From Tubiluchus corallicola (Eukaryota > Animalia > Priapulida): 64,000 bases of DNA. A program made the translations under genes and the position numbers. The DNA lies in contig JAQGDQ010000172.1 of NCBI GenBank assembly GCA_030141605.1, positions 372,001 to 436,000 on the forward strand. The letters run 5' to 3'. This document shows, one piece after another, positions 11,901 to 24,500 of this stretch. Numbering within the stretch: position 1 is the first letter of the stretch; the number at the start of each line of letters is the position of its first letter. The notes beneath the pieces are model-generated. The model saw nothing but the letters and a program-made list of their open reading frames with translations. It was not told the DNA's origin and searched no databases.

Positions 11901-12624
11901 CACTGAGATAAAGCTCCAAAAAGAAGAATAACGGAAAATAGATTATTTTACAGCAATATTCAGTGCGACACATAAGTAAATTCTTTAGTGCATATTTGAT
12001 TATGTGTCAGAATGCGTGGACACCGAGGAAACCATGAAACAAAGAAAACAGAATGAAAACCAGATTTAGAAGAACCCTCGGTAGCTTTTTTCGCTACACA
12101 CATACATTTGAGCAATCATTTGTCATTTGATCAATTTCACAGTTTCTCTCTTTCTCAAAGTTTTCTATCCTCTCCTTCACTGGCCTGTCTGTTAGAATCT
12201 TTTGTTCATTTGCTCATACTTGTTTCTTTACAATAAACTGTGGAAACTCAATAAATGTGGTTGCTTTATAATTTGTAAGATCGTTTTTCTCATACATGTA
12301 TTTTATTGTGGTATAATATAAAATAATAATCACGTTTTGTAAGGCCTGCTTAATTTTTGTGATAATGTCTTGCATTTATGCTATGCTGTCTGGTATTATT
12401 TAAGTGTTCGTGTTTAAGTGGTCCAAAAAGAAGAATTAATTGAAATGACTAGAATTAACTAACAGAAGTGATATAAAGGCCATGACGAAAAAACTCATAA
12501 TAACACCAGCAATGATAATGACACCAAAGATGTTGATGATGACGATCAATTTCAAATGGAAATAATTTGTGAACTCGATAAAAGCAGCACAAAACAGTAT
12601 AACAGGTAATTTTGCTTACGAGTA

Positions 12625-12692
12625 TCATCTTTATCACCATCGTCATCGTCGTCGTCATCACCGTCGTCGCCGTCATCGTCATCATTATCATC
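12625..12692. repeat. (CAT/CGT)n trinucleotide microsatellite
   Basis: catcgtcatcgtcgtcgtcatcaccgtcgtcgccgtcatc... It produces the spurious H/R-rich and M/T-rich ORFs. Confidence 0.85.
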
Positions 12693-13844
12693 CATGTATG
12701 TGCTATGACATTACACTTGTTAACAGCATGTACCACTTGTTGACGCCGAGCACTTCTGTAACTGCTTTCGATCCACGCTCCTTCCAATATAGAGCTGTAC
12801 TTTTACTTGCTAATTAAATCCCGTCAGCAGTTGGATTTTCTTGTTGATTTAAGAGCTTGATATTTTCTTATAATGCTGTAGAAAAAAGAGATACCTGGGG
12901 CAACTGTAATGCATGTCTAGGAAAAAATGTAGTCTTCTCATTAGGATTTACTTATTCTATGGGTCTTTATTTACAACGTCATACAAATTATCATTCGACA
13001 TTCTGTCATTCCATTTGATACCTAATATCATTCTCTAGCGACATCTTTGAAAAACCTCTATTTCTTTCTATTGTTAGCTTTTATTGTCTATAGTTAGGCA
13101 ATGTGTAAAATAACAGGTTCAACTGAACTAGAGAAAATCTGTTGTTTTTGAAAACCACCGTGAGATCTGAGTAACAGGCTGTAGGACAATGCTGGAATTC
13201 TCCTCTACATTTTATGTCAGCTTTAATGTCTAACAACCTGAAAACTTATTCCTTCGCCGTTACCAAATATAGGTCATTTTAATCAAACGTAACAGCTTCC
13301 CAATGTAAATCATTCCACTTTCAGGGCACCTGTAAAATAAAACTGGGATTAGGTTTAACCTGCACTTAATGTTGCTGCATTCGAGAAAGTCGAAAGCATA
13401 GAAGTCATCAAAAGATCCTTGGATATCAAATAATGAAATGTGACTGCCATGTAAACACGACTGAATGAATTATAATCCCAAATGCGCGAGTATGGTCGTG
13501 TTTTCACTTCTTATGCCGGGTTCAATGTGTTTCGCTTTTTCCCTTTTTCGCTTATCACGTTTTGGCTCTTACCTCACACCTCGGACTCTTAAACAATCCC
13601 AGCTTTCTTAACCGTATTATTGTCTCTATCACAGGCGTGTACCTACACAAGTTTTCTAATTCTAGCTGGGCTTCCGCGTTTGCATATGCGACAAATTAAA
13701 AAATCTAAAGTCGACGCATAAAAAAATCAGCCTATAGGCCTACATACTCATAGATTCGCATTGTTCCGGATAAAAATGGAGTAGATTAATGCTGAGGACG
13801 ACCTAGCTGCTTATGCCTATGTGCAGTGAAATTGGCGTCGGTTT

Positions 13845-13945
13845 ATTCTCTAAACTTATCCTTTCTTATTTCTTTAAGACTGATATAAATGCTCATTCTC
13901 TAAGCTTATCCTTTCTTATTTCTTTAAGACTGATATAAATGCTCA
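13845..13945. repeat. 50-bp tandem duplication (2 copies, 1 mismatch)
   Basis: attctctaa(a/g)cttatcctttcttatttctttaagactgatataaatgctc at 13845 and 13895. Confidence 0.9.
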
Positions 13946-15357
13946 CTGCCTACTCTAACTATACACAAAGCAGTACATAAAAATAAATTCGAAATCAGTA
14001 CAGTAATATAATATTACTACGCTCTCATTATACATACCGTACATTGAAAATAATAATAATCATGCTAAGGAACAGTGAATGATGCATAATAATAATTATT
14101 ATTATTAAACTGACAACAATATTTAAAACAATTGGCAAACCTATTTACACAAATGCATTTTACGTAAAGAAGCCTATGGTGTGAATTAGTTGACTTAATA
14201 AAGCGACTAAGTAAGTTATAATAAATACCTACATATTTACACTGTATGCATGAACAATAAATAAATGAATACATACAAAGTAAAGTAAAAATAAATGTAT
14301 GTTGTAAATACGACTATAAATCAGATTATATAACTATAAGTGTAACAAATCGATAATGTTTTGATTAACATTAAGTGATGCATTGTTTTATTTATTGTGC
14401 TGTTTGCCATTAACTTCATCAGTTATATATATCACCCTGTTCTGTTGACTAGAGTAGAGAAAATAATTTCATACGTTTGAAAACTTAGAAAAGAAACAAA
14501 TTACCTGTAAAGAATACACATTGCACTGTATATTCTATAAAACAAATATAATACGAACAATTTATCTCGGTGTATTGCTCGGTGATCATAAATAATTGGC
14601 TAATTTATTTTGAAATTAAGGAGAATATAATATCAATGCTCTTTTACAGAATTTATTTTAAATGCTTAACTTTGCTGTGTTCGTCTCGTGAGAATTATCT
14701 TTTGTGACACGGAAAGTTTAAATTTCAAACGAGGTGCAACAATATAGCCGAATTCTGTTAATAGTATAATACATAGTTCTTTCATGAAGTATTCATGAAT
14801 AAAAAATACGACCTGTCTATACAAATATTTTCGCAATCTAATATGTAGTCTATCATTACTTAAAAAACTGCGTAAAGACAGTAATTTGACTAGAAAGTAG
14901 CTTTGGTGATTATTGTGCAGAAATGCATTATTTAAAGTAATTTAACAAAATAACAACTTAATTTAAAAGTTAAATTGCGTGATGGTATAAAACTTTACAA
15001 TTTATCACACGATAATAATTGCCAGCAATGATGCCTGAAATTCAATGTATTAATATCTAATTAATAAATGTTTCTATTACTTAAATATAGATCTTATACA
15101 CAAGGTACCTATATTACGGCGCATCTTCAACTTTGTACTTACTAAATGTGTAAAGGTGGTACCTATAAGCATATAATTTTACCTCATAATTGGTAGCCCC
15201 ACAACCACAGAAATAAGCCACAGGGATCATTATAGCTATTACTATATAAATTATCGATTCTCATAACACATGTATACAATATAACCCATATGTTCGTCAA
15301 TATTACAGATTCTGTATCAAATTAACAGGAAAGTATCCATAGATATATCTGATTACT

Positions 15358-15529
15358 TCATCTGCTATAGCTGCGGCTACGGCTTCGGCTATACCATGGT
15401 GTTATTGAACGGCTACGACTGCGTGAGTATGATGCTGACGTCCATGACCCATATGGGCTCCAACTGCTCTCATCATCTGAAGGGGTTGGGGGCGTTTCTC
15501 TTCGGTAGGGCACAGGTCTCTTCCTTGCA
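15358..15529 (-). CDS. Terminal exon of the SRRM4-like gene: second half of eMIC and RS tail
   Basis: TTCTAATTCTAG| at 15530, then (S)ARKRPVPYRRETPPTPSDDESSWSPYGSWTSASYSRSRSRSITPWYSRSRSRSYSR, stop TGA at 15360-15358. Confidence 0.88.
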
Positions 15530-18500
15530 CTAGAATTAGAAACCAATAACTCTGCATTAACTCACACTACAAAACACAGAACAAATCTGGACTAAGAGTG
15601 TTTTTAAAACTTTATAGTTTAAACTGCAATAACGAAAATATGGCTATAGAGACTCTGACTAGGACTCTACCGATTTTAGATGCGAATGAAATAAATAATG
15701 AAAAAAATACATCATTATTATGGTCTTCTGTATGTTTTCTTTTTTCTATTAAAATAACAACTTTACTTAAACCCTAAAAGCAAAGCATTAAAAAAACATC
15801 CAGGCTTCTCGACTGCAAACATATAGTCTTCATCATTGGACTGTTTTGTGTTAGAAGCCATGTAGGTTTATATAGGCTAATTGCTTAGAGTAAGTGTACA
15901 TATGACTAGAAGCCCATTGATGAGGTGTAAACAATGCAGATACAGCATTTAGACAGAAAGTACAATGGTACTATAAAAATAAAGATAATTGAGATTGAGT
16001 TACCTTGCATATCGAGACAGGGCGCATTATTGTGTACTGATAGACTTTCTTCCTTTAAATAAGAGATCATACTTCTGCCGCTGAACAAACTCGTGACTGC
16101 AGTCATTTCAGTACTGTCTATGCTAGAGCTAGAAATGACTGTGATCTCTTAATTAAAGAACGTCTGTCAATGTACAGCAACAACCCCTCCTTTAATGTTC
16201 AAGGTAGTTCAACCATCTTATCTTTGTTTTCATAATACCCCTGTACTTACTCTAAATAGTTGTTATATCTACTTATTTACATACCTACCTCATCAATTGG
16301 CTACTAATTATGCATAAACTTACTGTAAGCAGTTAGGCCTATATAGACCTTCATGTCACACAAAAGAGTCCACTGCCAGCTTTTTGCAGTCGAAACTTTT
16401 GGACGTTTTTTGTGCTTTGCTTGCTTTTCTTTGAGTGTTTTGCAATGTTGTTACTTTAAAAAAAATATTCATTCACTGTCTGTTTACTGGTTTTCCTTTT
16501 TTACCTGAAACTGATAGACAGCAGTATGTTGAAATGTCTTTGTGTCTTTCAAATCTGTTTACTTGTACACCCAATTTTCATAAGAAACGCAAACATATAT
16601 ATGTGCAATTACATCTAGCAATATCATGAAATCCACATGCAGTTATAGCAACATAGCGACAAACTAAGTTTTACTGATAGTCTGTCTAAATATTATCTGT
16701 AAACTACAATGTTAGTGTGTTATTGTAGACTAAACTGGCGACATTTGCAGAAATTGCATATAATTATTAGTAGGCTACCATATTGTAAATGACAGCATAT
16801 AACTAACCTTAAGTAATAATTTTGAAATGGTAAGTGCACATTGAATAGCACTCAACGGGTTTGCTATTTGTAGTTAAGTGCTATTACAGTATTAGTCACT
16901 TTATTAGTGTTTTAGTCGCGATAAATTAATTTTAGTTATTAATTCTTATTACATATATTTAATTAAAATATTACTGCTCGTATATGCCTCATTGTATTGC
17001 TTGCGTATAGGCTAGGTAAATCTGTAAAAAAAACAATTTTTACGTTGAAAAAATAAGTAATAACTTTTGTTATAACGAGAAGAAAATCAAAATTTTCCTC
17101 ATTATATTGTAATCTACAGTTCGTAATAATTTTTATGCAAACCTGGTGATTCTTCTTCTGGATTTGAAAGACGGTGAAACTCTTTTGCGTAGAGGGCGTC
17201 GCTTTCTTGGACTAGTTGAACGACTGCAAGTTGCTGAACGAGATTGCCTGGCCCTAGATGCTGATCTTGACCTTGACATCCTAGCTCGTGACCTTGACCT
17301 TGACGAAGAGTGATGACTACTTATTTGTGACCTGCAAATTCACCAAACCACTGACATTACAATTTTTGCTTTCTGTGTCACCTTTTGTTAAAGATGTTTT
17401 TTTCTGTGAAATCTGGCACCTGACGATTAAAAAAATTGATAATTTGTGCAGAAGATTTATTAGAGATGTTCATTGGGATAAACTTTTGGAGAGGTTATAA
17501 AAATAAAAATAGCAAGATTTTACTTACTGAAACTTTGACTGCTTTGACATTGAAACTTTGACTCAAAAATAAGAGCATCATTTAGCAGTTAATCAGCAAA
17601 AAGGATGTGAAATGGAGAGGGAAGAAAAATAACAAAAAGTACAGGAGGAAATTTAGAAAGAGAGAGAGAGAAAGAGAGAGAGATGATAATACTGAATGCT
17701 CAAATCATGCCCAATGTGGTCAGAATCAGATGCACAACCTCAATTATAGCAAAACACACAGTATGCTCTAATTTTAAATAACTATTTCATTCGTACATTA
17801 GAAAAACATTATTAAAACACAGCTTAAATTAGTTAACACAATATTTTTGACGTGGTCGTCATTTTGATTTTAATGAATTCTCATTGTTTTATTTTTGTAG
17901 GAATTGCACTTAGCAATGAAATCACTACTTGTAGTATTTTTTCGACAAGTGACCGTAGGTCAAAGATCTGCCAATCTCCTGTCAACTTATACCATTCATT
18001 TCACCCTATCGAGGCTTTCCTTTGATACACTAGAAGCTAGCGTCGTTTGATGCTAAAGCATTTGTCTCCCCGAACCCTGCTTTGCCCCCTAGTTGGGTCA
18101 CACGACAACCCGTTTTGCTGAAATTTACACCGTTCAATTCGTCTCATTGAAACTTTTCATTTTATCTCCTGCAAGCTATTGTCGATTTACATCTGAGCCA
18201 TTTCCGTCCTCACCTCCAAATTTTGGTTTTTGCCCTCTAGCGGAAAGTACTCCAATATCTACGTGCCCATATTCAGCCATGCGCAAGACCTTGATCCAAT
18301 TTAGTCATATGCTAAAAATTGTAGCAATAGCTCAAAAACTTTAGGAGCAGATAGAACCTAGCGAACCTATCCCGTTCGCTCTGCAACGTTTCACCCGGCA
18401 TTGTCGGGTCACTACCTACATAATTCTTTTAACTTAAGGAGTGCGCCCTGTGAGTTTTGCGTCCCTAGCCTTTTACTGCTGCTTGGCAATTTTTTAAAAC

Positions 18501-21500
18501 CCTGGGGTGCGCATTTACCCCCAGGTACCTAAATACTTGTGAAAAAAATAAAAAATATTCTGAAATACCTGAAAGGAAGAGTTGAATCACAATCGTAAAA
18601 TTGACCTTCGTCTATTGACATTAACCCCTTGATTAGATGTCAAAGGTCAACCTATTGCTGCCCTTCTCCCGTCCAGAACTACCCTCCCTGTGAGTTTTGC
18701 AAATTTAGAATGCAAGGCTAATGAGCGAAATGTTTGTGGTGTGTAAAAGTTAAATAACTGTATGAGATTCAAGAAGATTTTTTTAGCAAAACTTTAATTA
18801 TACCTCGAGCGAGATCTTGAGCGACTCCAGGTTTTTGATTTCGATTTTGCTGCTCTCACTGTGTGAGGTGGCGACTGTGATCTTGATACACTCCTGCTCC
18901 GCGGCTGTAGCTTATAGGCAACTGGAAGAGGAGGCGGTGAATTACTCGGTGATTTCGCCTCCTTCATTTCTACTAACGGCCTAGGAGAGATATCTAGAAG
19001 CGGGGATGCCAGAAAGGTAAAGGGAGAATCCCAACCGTTTACCTTTTCGTTTCGAGATGACGTATTTGATAAAGGAGGCGCATTTCTTGCATCTAAAGGT
19101 ATTTTTAGTTTGCTTGGTGTGATGGACCGTGTACTTCTTGCTGAAGCTGTTGAAGACCTCGAAGAGTCTGATGCAAATCGAGACCTCATTAACTGACGTA
19201 TTTTACTGCTCGAGGTACTGGAAGTAGACCTAGAGGAACGCGACCTTGATCTGGACCTTGACTTTGATCTTGAATTTGATCTTAATATTGGTTTAAGTTT
19301 AGGGCTTGAGCTTAATATTGAACGTGATCTGGAATGCATTCGTGGAGATTTTCTCTTATACTTTGCTTTCTGGACTGTTGCAGTTAAGTTTGTCAAAGTC
19401 TTTCTCTTTTCTCCAGAAACTTGTAAAAGTGGCGAATTACTCTGAAAAATATATTATGTAGTCGTAAATGCTGATACAGACATCAGGAGCTGATACAACA
19501 AGGTTTCCAAAACGAAAAGTAACAGAACTTACCAACAAATGCTGTAACCATACCACTATTATACCATACAAAGCCAATAAGTAGGGTCATACCAAATTAT
19601 AGCGGAAAAGTTGGAATTATATAAATATAATGACATGTCACAATGATGAAATCCAGATTCATTTTGAGGTATTTCTTCAGCATGCCTCAGAACATCAACA
19701 TAATAAACCTTTCCAGCGATTGATGATGATCGTGAAAGGGTCAACGGCTAAGTGTACCAAACAACTTATTCGTGTACACTTGAAACGCCTCGCAACCCAT
19801 GCTATTGTAACAGTAACAGTTTTAACAGTTACATAGAACCTTACCTAGTTCATTTTTTCTTATTCACAAGCAAGATCCTACTAGTAAGTCACTCTACTCA
19901 CAGACTAATGAATAATTAAGTAAAGTCCACATAAAACAACGGAAGTTTACTGAACTGATGTGCTTTACCCCTATGGCCACATGTCACGTGGCGGTTGTAG
20001 TTAAGACCGCTTGTGGTACACTCAACCTTTGACCTACAGCAACTGCGCGTGTGAAAAGGCTTATTTAATTTCTACTGCACTGTTCCTTTTGAAACACCCA
20101 GTATAATACATAATGAAAATATTCATGTAGCATGTACCTGTCTAGAATTTGAAACGCCACATTTTCCATTTTCAGTCTTGACGTCTTTTTCTATTCCATC
20201 AAATTAATGTTCAAGTAAGTTTTACATTAACACAGCCTACCGTGAAAAGGTCACGGAGTCGTAACATAATGCTCTATTTAGCAAATTCGCTATCGTGACT
20301 AAGTCATAAAAAGTAGTCGTTCAATGATGCTTTCTATTTCGTTATTGACGTTGATTAAACACACTATTGTGAATTATGGTATAACTTACAGAGTGCATGA
20401 TAATTTACAAATTTTCATGAGTTCATCCAAATTAGCCTTGGACTAGATGTTAGACTAGATGTTGGACTAGCATTAGATGTTTAAACAGTAACAATATATA
20501 GATAATAATAACAACAATAATGCGCTCACTAACTTTTTCAGTTGTCTTTACAGCTAAGTAGGTTTTCTGTTGAAACTCTGAACATTTTTTTTACATTTCT
20601 TAACAATGAAAGATTTTTTAAGCGCCATATATTGTATTCGATAAATATCATTACGTACACTATGATACAAAATTTTCGGCAGACATACTTTTGACTTTTC
20701 CACATTATGAGAATGACTGTGATTCCTGCTTGAAGATTTCCTTTTTCTTTTAGGCTTTTTTCTTTTCAGCAACTGAAAAGCAATACAAAAAAGCACATTA
20801 TATCAGGAGCAGTGGAGTTGCCCAAGTAAATGCAGGCATAACAGTTTTTGTGAAACAGTGGACTGTTTACGTATACTGTAGTATGACTCTTGAAATTTGT
20901 AACTTTTATTTTTTCTTGTAAAAAATGGCCGTCAAACACTGTCAACCATTTTCTCTCACTTTAGAAATAATTGAGGCATACCTTTCCATTTTCGTCTCTT
21001 TTGCGAAGATGATCACCCTCTCTTCGTCTGCGCAACTTTTTTGGCTTCTCACCTGAACCTTGACCAGTTAAACTGCTGAAACGATCAGAGAATTGATCTG
21101 GATCAGCTAACAATGCTACAAATCGCCTAATCAGTATTCACAGTATACTTGGTTTGGTGTAACACACAACAAATTACACATTTCGTCTCAAGTCACCTCA
21201 TCTCTCAGATCAGCTCACCTCATCTCACGTGCCTTACTTCATTTGACATAAACTGAAATGCTCACTCATTTTACCGTTCTTTTCTCTGTGTACTCTCACT
21301 TCACATTTTCTCCCTTATCTCACATGGCTTCACGCCTTCAATTCCGTACCTCATGATCTGATTTCGCTAGACCCCATTTTTTCTCACGATTTCATTTCTC
21401 ATCTCAACAGATAATCAACGGTTAAATTTAGGAGAAAGACGGCTCTGAAAATTTGGAGTTCAAGATTCGAACTCCGAGCCTTGCGATATCAGGTCACAGG

Positions 21501-24500
21501 TCACACGTTTTATCTAATTGGGTTATCAACCAACATGGCCTGAATTCTCGTACTTATCACGCGCAATAAATCAGAGCCACCTTTTCGTAGTAAAGAACAG
21601 CTAATTAATTAGTAAGGTTCCTTTGGGTCCTTAGCAGGGAACACAAATAAAGTACATACAGCACCAGATTACAGTACTTATATAATGGACAATTAAATTT
21701 AGAAGGAAGAAATTTAATTTGAAATTTATATTATATGTAAATTCCAAATATACATGTAGCTTGACTCTAATAATTTTTTTATTAATGTTTAGTGAAAAGC
21801 CATTGTACTTTTTTAGATAGCCTACCTTTTGCAAATTTTAATTAAACGTCTTTTTTTCCTTTTGTGTTTGTGGTCACCTGCCCTGTATACATTAAATATC
21901 CCCTTGTAAGTGCAGGATTGTAATTGAAAGTTTCAAATAAAACACAGAAACGCACATTTTTAATGAAATCTACTAGATAGTTATTTTACAATACAGTACG
22001 TAAAGGAAACGTAGCAGAATTTCAGCTCACAGTAGATTTTCAGTGAAGCAAACTGAAAATACATTCACGACAGTGAAATTGATAGAGAAATTAAAGAGAA
22101 GGCATGCATTAATGTAAGTGTGATGTTTGACGGTACTCTTTTCAGAAAGTTGTAGAACAATACCTCTAAATTGAACTGAATTCATAAGCAGCCAGAAAGT
22201 TCGGCTTTTGGCTGGATTTAAATCAGTGCGCTAACTGGTTTTTTTAACAGACTCCATTACAGACACTGTAAACCCACAGCAATACAATGAAATTAAAAGA
22301 CCAAAAAACAGATACATATAATTATAGGAAAACTAAAAGGGCATGCAGACAAGAGTGTGATATTTAATTAGTGCAAAAATATGGACTGCCTACTACATAT
22401 TTGAGGCGATTTTTACTTTTTTATACAGCTTAACGTGCAAAAAACATTCTGTCACTTTCAGAGCACAGCAACAAAAATTCTGATTAAAAGCTCTGATCCT
22501 ATTATTAATAACAAATGAAATCGATTAGCCGTGGAATAAACACTTTTTCTTCAACGAAAATAAAAAAATCGCTTACTTTCTACATGGAAGATTGGTTAAG
22601 ATGTACACCCAAAAACCAATTAAATACGTTCATTTTGTAATACTGACTACTTTTTATAAACATTTCAGACATACAAATCAGCTCTTCCACCTTTACTTAG
22701 CTTTTATAACAAAAAAACTCTCATGTGCTCAGGGCTGGATTACCCTACAGTCTGGTATAGGCTTCAGCCTAGAGCCCTTCAAGTATGGGGCCCATACTTT
22801 GCTTTGCTGACTTTAGAAAAGGAGGCCAGGAAATCTGAAAATCCAATTTTAAAGTAGCTTCTCTTATGAGATAAAGAATCTCTGTTTGAGGCCTTTTATT
22901 TGAGACAATGAGCCTCTGTTTGAGACCGTTTATCAGAGATGTTCCTCTCTTTGAAGCCCTTTATTTTAAATAAGGGGCCGCAGCTGTGCAAATGTTGCTA
23001 AAATATATCACAAGTAAAAATATTCGAGACGAGTACGAGCAAATTAGAGAGTAGCTCCGTTTGAAAGGAACCTCATAATTTCATTAGCCTAGGCCCCAAA
23101 AGGTCATGATCTGGCCCTGCACGCGCTACACAAATGTGCTTATTGTAGGCCTATATTATTGTGACGTTTACAATCACAAAATAATTATGATGTAATAGGA
23201 AATCCACAAAACAGCACCTGCGCAACAAGCTGTCCATTAACTGTAGAATATAATTATGGAAGAAAGAGTTATGTATGCAACAAAATGTTGACTTTTGAAA
23301 ACCGTCAAAATATCTCATCAAAGGCCGCAATAAGACTCCATAAATCTTTCCAGCGAAATTTGAATATTACATTCCCCACACTTGATGTCCGAGAACTTGT
23401 AATTTGGCTGTTAATTCCGAACGCTTTTTGGCGTGCACATATTTGGTATTTAAGAAAGATTTGCGACGAGCAATTCAAAATTTATCTAATTTTTATAAAA
23501 ACACAAAATTCCAAACGCTGTACATCATTAAAAATACAAAAATCATACCTACCACCATACAAAGAATTGTCATCATCTGATGTCGTTTGCGGGCTAAGGT
23601 ATAGTAATAAACTGTTATAAAATGAATTATTGCACACCGCTTTAGAATTCCTAATGTCTATGTAATGATATCGGCTGTGTGCATATTTAAAACCAGTAAA
23701 CGCAATGTTATGACTCTGTAAAACAACCAGCTTCACCTATTTAACTGTATTTACAGTGTATTTAAAAGAAAAATGCTAAATAATTCAACAAAAAATAAGC
23801 CAATGTATAGCCACTTTTAAGTGTTTTACACGGATCACACCTGAAACAAATTGATGCAATATGCAGAACATATAATAGTTAAAAAATATTATCTATCAGT
23901 TATTATACTGTCATGGATACGTTAATCGCAAGCTTACCTTATTTTATATTTTACACGTTTTTTCTTGCGTTTTATTTCTGTAGACCCGTCAACATTCTCT
24001 GCATTATCACTCGTATTCCTCTGTTTCCTTTTTGATAATGACCTTGACCTGGATGCTGATGTTGACCTTGACCTAGTAATATCATAATTTCATTACTTTG
24101 TGCGATTGCACTATAACGTTTTTGGGTCATATGTGTTACATTTGTGCTGCTATCGCAGTTTCTTACGTTGTCACTTCCCAAAGTCTCCAACGGGACATTG
24201 AATGCCTTGCATTAGTTCGATTTTTCCTCCTCCGTCACCCTTTGTAACAATACACTGCGTTAAGTGTAGCTTCCAGTATCTCAAAATCCCAAAATTTAAT
24301 TACCTGGCCTAAGTGTATGATCTTGGAAGCCATCCTATAGTTAGGGCAACCAATATCAATGCAAACACCTTGTGACCAATTGTAGAAAGTGCTACAGTGT
24401 GGCACCACCTAATCAAATATGTACCATTAGAATTTTCTAAAAGGTCAGCTCCTAAACATCGGCTCTTGTGTATAACTTTGGGTAAAATTGTAAAGATAAC

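Noticed and set aside
12455-12817. His/Arg-rich and Met/Thr-rich ORFs on both strands
   Set aside because: Explained by a trinucleotide repeat.
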